IMG/VR virus record: IMGVR_UViG_3300001605_000028
DNA: 64,000 nucleotides
Source: an uncultured virus (IMG/VR IMGVR_UViG_3300001605_000028)
Lineage: Duplodnaviria; Heunggongvirae; Uroviricota; Caudoviricetes
Direction: 5' to 3' (one strand)
Positions within the stretch are counted from its first letter, which is position 1, and the number at the start of each line of letters is the position of its first letter. A program made the translations under genes and the position numbers. Shown here piece by piece: positions 60,746-64,000 of this stretch. The notes beneath the pieces are model-generated. The model worked only from the letters and a program-made list of their open reading frames with translations, was not told where the DNA came from and did no database searches.

Positions 60746-61795
60746 ATGGCAGATAAATTTACACGATTCCTCGGCGGAGCCGCTAGTGGTATTACTAATC
60801 CCAAAGGCAATCTTGGCGATTGGAGACACGCCTCGCGGGTGTTTGCAGAAAATGCGTTCGCTCTAGCCCCAAAGACAAAGTTTTCGTATCATGTGTTTTT
60901 TGAATTTGACAAAAACGCAATCGCTATGGCACCACAGTTTGCGGAAAAACATAGGCTCGAAGCTGGACTATTAGTTAAGAATGTCGATCTTCCTAAAGTT
61001 ACTATCGAAACTGATATAAAAAATCAATACAACAGAAAAAAAATCGTTTATAAAAACGTTAATTACGAGCCAGTTAACCTCACTATGCATGACGATAACG
61101 TCGGTGTGACTAATGCGTTGTTCGCGTTGTATAACGGTTATTATTCTAACGATCGTTTTAATACACCCGCAGCTTATTCGGAGTCAAGAGGCCCCTACAG
61201 ACCAATTAACGAATCAAACGCATTTAGATACGGATTGGACGTTGATACAGGTACCGAGCAGGCACCGTTTTTTAAGTCTATAACAATCTATACAATGGGT
61301 CGAAAAAGATTTGTTAGTTATAAGCTAATTAATCCCCATATCGCTAACTGGTCACATGGAAATGTCAGCTATGCTGAAAGTAACGGAACGATGGAAAGCG
61401 TAATGACTTTAAATTATGAAGCTGTAATTTATGGTGCTGGTAGTGTCACAAAGGGTGCTCAAGGAGAGCCTAAAGGATTTGGTTCTTTCAAGTACGATAT
61501 TACCCCAAGTCCATTGAGCTTATTCGGCGGAACCACTACAACTTTATTCGGTCCCGGCGGATTATTAGCCGGCGCAACTAATGTTTTGTCTGATGCTTCA
61601 GTGATTTTCGGAGACAACTATACTGACCCGCTGGCAGGTGGTGTAGATTTCTTATCAACAGCTATCGGAGCAATAAATGTAGCAAAGAGTCTCGGGGCGA
61701 TCAACTCAAGGACACTGGCAGCAGAAGCACAGTCTATATTGTTGAACCCGGGTTCGAGCATTTCGGGTCTCCGGGGAATTAATATCAGTAAGTAA
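60746..61795 (+). CDS. tube-fold baseplate protein (gp54/gp48-like tail tube initiator)
   Basis: LVKNVDLPK...NQYNRK...YEPVNLTMHDD...MTLNYE resembles the tube fold. Confidence 0.6.
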   Translation: MADKFTRFLGGAASGITNPKGNLGDWRHASRVFAENAFALAPKTKFSYHVFFEFDKNAIAMAPQFAEKHRLEAGLLVKNVDLPKVTIETDIKNQYNRKKIVYKNVNYEPVNLTMHDDNVGVTNALFALYNGYYSNDRFNTPAAYSESRGPYRPINESNAFRYGLDVDTGTEQAPFFKSITIYTMGRKRFVSYKLINPHIANWSHGNVSYAESNGTMESVMTLNYEAVIYGAGSVTKGAQGEPKGFGSFKYDITPSPLSLFGGTTTTLFGPGGLLAGATNVLSDASVIFGDNYTDPLAGGVDFLSTAIGAINVAKSLGAINSRTLAAEAQSILLNPGSSISGLRGINISK

Positions 61796-61798
61796 TCT

Positions 61799-62191
61799 AT
61801 GACCACAAAACCAATATTATCTAATTTACCGATCGCAGCGTCGGGTCAAGCAACAGACAGTGCCGCCCGAACAAAACTGACTCTCAATCAATACGGAGAT
61901 CCTGGATTTGAATTTAATTCCAGCGATGTGTCTTCTGCTATAGGATTCCTAGAAAGCAAAGGGTTCCAAGGACAGGCAGCTATAGTTACTGCTTCAGTTC
62001 TACTAAATCAAGCAAAAATAGACAATATTCCTGTCTATCAATTACTAGAAACCCTTAAAGGATTTGAGGGCCTAGAACTCAGTGCCCTAGTCGGAAAAGT
62101 ATTAAACAACAATAGAACGCCAACATCTGTACTTGGTTACAGAGTTTCCCAACCGGTAAATTCGTTACAGAGTAGAAATATTCTAGCATAA
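61799..62191 (+). CDS. hypothetical phage protein
   Basis: Clean 130-aa ORF within the operon. Confidence 0.6.
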   Translation: MTTKPILSNLPIAASGQATDSAARTKLTLNQYGDPGFEFNSSDVSSAIGFLESKGFQGQAAIVTASVLLNQAKIDNIPVYQLLETLKGFEGLELSALVGKVLNNNRTPTSVLGYRVSQPVNSLQSRNILA

Positions 62192-62631
62192 TGGCAAAGT
62201 TTGCGCAGGGTCATTTTCAAATGAAAAATCCCAGTAAGTACATTGGGAAGAAAACACCATTGGCTCGCAGCAGTTGGGAATTTGTTTTTATGCGGATGCT
62301 CGATGAACACCAGGGTGTGGAAAAATGGGCCAGCGAAAGCATACAAATACCATATCAAGATCCGTTAACGGGCAGACACACCATATACGTTCCTGATTTT
62401 TTCATAGTGTACGTAGATAAAAATAAGAAAAAACACGCAGAGTTAATCGAAGTTAAACCAGCAAGTCAAACACTACGAGAAAAAGTAGGAAAAAGCCTGT
62501 ACAATCAAGAACAATATATAAAAAATCTGGCAAAATGGGAAGCAGCGTCTGCTTGGTGTAAGCAACAGGGCATTAAGTTTAGGGTCGTAAACGAAGGCGA
62601 TATTTTTCACCAAGGATCGAAAAAAAGATAA
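62191..62631 (+). CDS. gp4: head completion nuclease (T4 gp4, TnsA-like)
   Basis: KNPSKYIG, RSSWE, WASE-x-I-x-IPY, YVPDF, IEVKP, NLAKWEAA-x-x-WC. Confidence 0.9.
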   Translation: MAKFAQGHFQMKNPSKYIGKKTPLARSSWEFVFMRMLDEHQGVEKWASESIQIPYQDPLTGRHTIYVPDFFIVYVDKNKKKHAELIEVKPASQTLREKVGKSLYNQEQYIKNLAKWEAASAWCKQQGIKFRVVNEGDIFHQGSKKR

Positions 62632-62639
62632 GTATTGCT

Positions 62640-63113
62640 ATGACTAAAAAACTCGAAGAGCTATTTAATTTAGACGAATCTGAAAAAATCAAAGCACAGG
62701 CTGACGAAGATCGAGAAGAAGTACGGAGTCTTGAACGCAGCTTTAAAGAAATTGATAATATCTCAGTTGATTTACCAGGTATAACTGATCTAGAAAATCT
62801 AGGCGAACATGAATTAGACAATTTAGCTAAAAAAGCCGAAGATGCCTACGACGATCTAATGGATCTAGGCATGAATGTCGAAGTTAGATATTCGGGCAGA
62901 ATCTTTGAAGTCGCTGGCGGAATGCTAAAAAACGCCATAGATGCTAAATCAGCAAAGATTGATAAAAAACTAAAAGCTGTGGAGTTGAAGCTTAAGAAAC
63001 TTAAAATAGATCGAGATGCTGGAGACGATGATCCTAATAATGTTCTCAACGGACAAGGGTATGTAATAACAGATCGCAACGAACTATTGAAAAAACTTCA
63101 GGGAAAGGAATAA
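62640..63113 (+). CDS. probable terminase small subunit (gp16-like)
   Basis: Helical protein with RIFEVA-x-x-ML-x-x-A-x-x-AK and C-terminal DRNELLK; located after gp4. Confidence 0.5.
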   Translation: MTKKLEELFNLDESEKIKAQADEDREEVRSLERSFKEIDNISVDLPGITDLENLGEHELDNLAKKAEDAYDDLMDLGMNVEVRYSGRIFEVAGGMLKNAIDAKSAKIDKKLKAVELKLKKLKIDRDAGDDDPNNVLNGQGYVITDRNELLKKLQGKE

Positions 63114-63121
63114 ATACTACT

Positions 63122-63685
63122 ATGAAAACCCTTAAAGATTATCTAACAGAAAGTAAAAAAACCTATAGCTTCCGTATCAAGGTAGCGGGTCCTCTTTCTG
63201 AAGGTTTTGCTGATAAAGTAAAATCATGCTTGGGCAAATACGATTGCGTAAAGTTTGATAAATCAGCAGAAACACCAATTACCAAAGCTGCCTTCGAATT
63301 TCCAGAATTAGAAAACATCGAAATTACAGTTTTTGAAGCAGAATGTAACTATCCAGTTACGCCACAAGAAATTACATCGATGATCAAAACATCAACAGGC
63401 ATTAACGACTCACATCTTCGTGTAAGAAACGTGAACGAGCCGTTTGAATTTGACCAATCGTTACTAGCAGCTACAACTAAAAAATCTACAGCATTGCTTT
63501 CTGACAGTGAGTATAAAGAAGCCGGAAAAATCAAAGCAAAAGATTACTTTGGTGACGAATTTAATAAATCGTTTTTAAAAGATCTAGATAAAACAGCCAA
63601 AGAACGTAAAAAAACGCAAGGCGACTATAAAATGCCAAAGCAAAAAGAAGATAAAGCCGGCACTAAAAGTGCTCTAGGGAGTTAA
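63122..63685 (+). CDS. hypothetical protein, possible internal head protein
   Basis: MKTLKDYLTES N-terminus; TAAATA-N5-ATG upstream. Confidence 0.55.
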   Translation: MKTLKDYLTESKKTYSFRIKVAGPLSEGFADKVKSCLGKYDCVKFDKSAETPITKAAFEFPELENIEITVFEAECNYPVTPQEITSMIKTSTGINDSHLRVRNVNEPFEFDQSLLAATTKKSTALLSDSEYKEAGKIKAKDYFGDEFNKSFLKDLDKTAKERKKTQGDYKMPKQKEDKAGTKSALGS

Positions 63686-63686
63686 T

Positions 63687-64000
63687 ATGGATTTTCAAAG
63701 ATTACTAGCAAGAATGGCTGAATTAGATCAGCCAACATCAGAAGCATGTGGTGACCCGATAGGCATGCCACCGGGACCAATTGTTGCGCCGACACCGGAT
63801 GTAGCAAAAGCTCCCGAAGCACCACCTCCATCAATGAGTGTAAATTTAAATGCTCAGGGCATGGATAATATCGAACAGATGATGAAGCTGTTCCAGAAAG
63901 TAAATCCAGACATGATGCCAAAGGTTGACTTACCTATGCCTTCGTTGTCTAGTCCAGACATCAAACCGATGCCTAAACCAGATATGCCATCTATGGCAAG
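63687..64000 (+). CDS. Pro/Met-rich hypothetical protein, 3'-truncated, with an apparent frameshift
   Basis: ATG at 63687: MDFQRLLARMAELDQP...; a later frame reads PSMSVNLNAQGMDNIEQMMKLFQKVNPDMMP. Confidence 0.5.
   Translation, partial: MDFQRLLARMAELDQPTSEACGDPIGMPPGPIVAPTPDVAKAPEAPPPSMSVNLNAQGMDNIEQMMKLFQKVNPDMMPKVDLPMPSLSSPDIKPMPKPDMPSMA

Noticed and set aside
1..64000. tRNA, rRNA, CRISPR array, integrase or transposase
   Set aside because: None recognisable; intergenic gaps are short, and the TnsA-like ORF at 62191 is the T4 gp4 head-completion nuclease

Overview
A 64-kb segment of a large T4-like (myovirus) phage genome, almost entirely the virion morphogenesis region. It looks like an error-prone or population-consensus assembly: N bases are clustered and several essential genes carry indel frameshifts. 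Order: head module (acidic core protein, prohead protease gp21, scaffold gp22, major capsid gp23; 0.4-4.2 kb); about 44 kb of baseplate/fibre-type genes, with two pairs of giant paralogues, three tandem Cys-rich paralogues, a GT9-like glycosyltransferase, a NodU/CmcH carbamoyltransferase and a 2695-aa protein with phycobiliprotein-like K-C-x-R-D repeats; a sigma70-driven ADP-heptose operon (rfaE2, rfaE1, cupin, rfaD); then neck and tail genes (gp15, gp14, gp13), dNMP kinase, an HNH protein, sheath gp18, tube gp19, a gp54-like protein, gp4 and a probable small terminase. The main candidates for new biology are (i) virion proteins that keep the bilin-attachment Cys-x-Arg-Asp motif of phycocyanin, (ii) a Cys-rich fibre triad next to sugar-transfer and carbamoylation enzymes, with ADP-heptose synthesis nearby (a possible virion glyco-decoration system), (iii) a multi-stem, probably pseudoknotted 5' leader RNA at 12.75-12.86 kb, and (iv) repeated TAAATA-N5-ATG leaderless late genes. 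All protein calls come from motif recognition and synteny; no database search was run.
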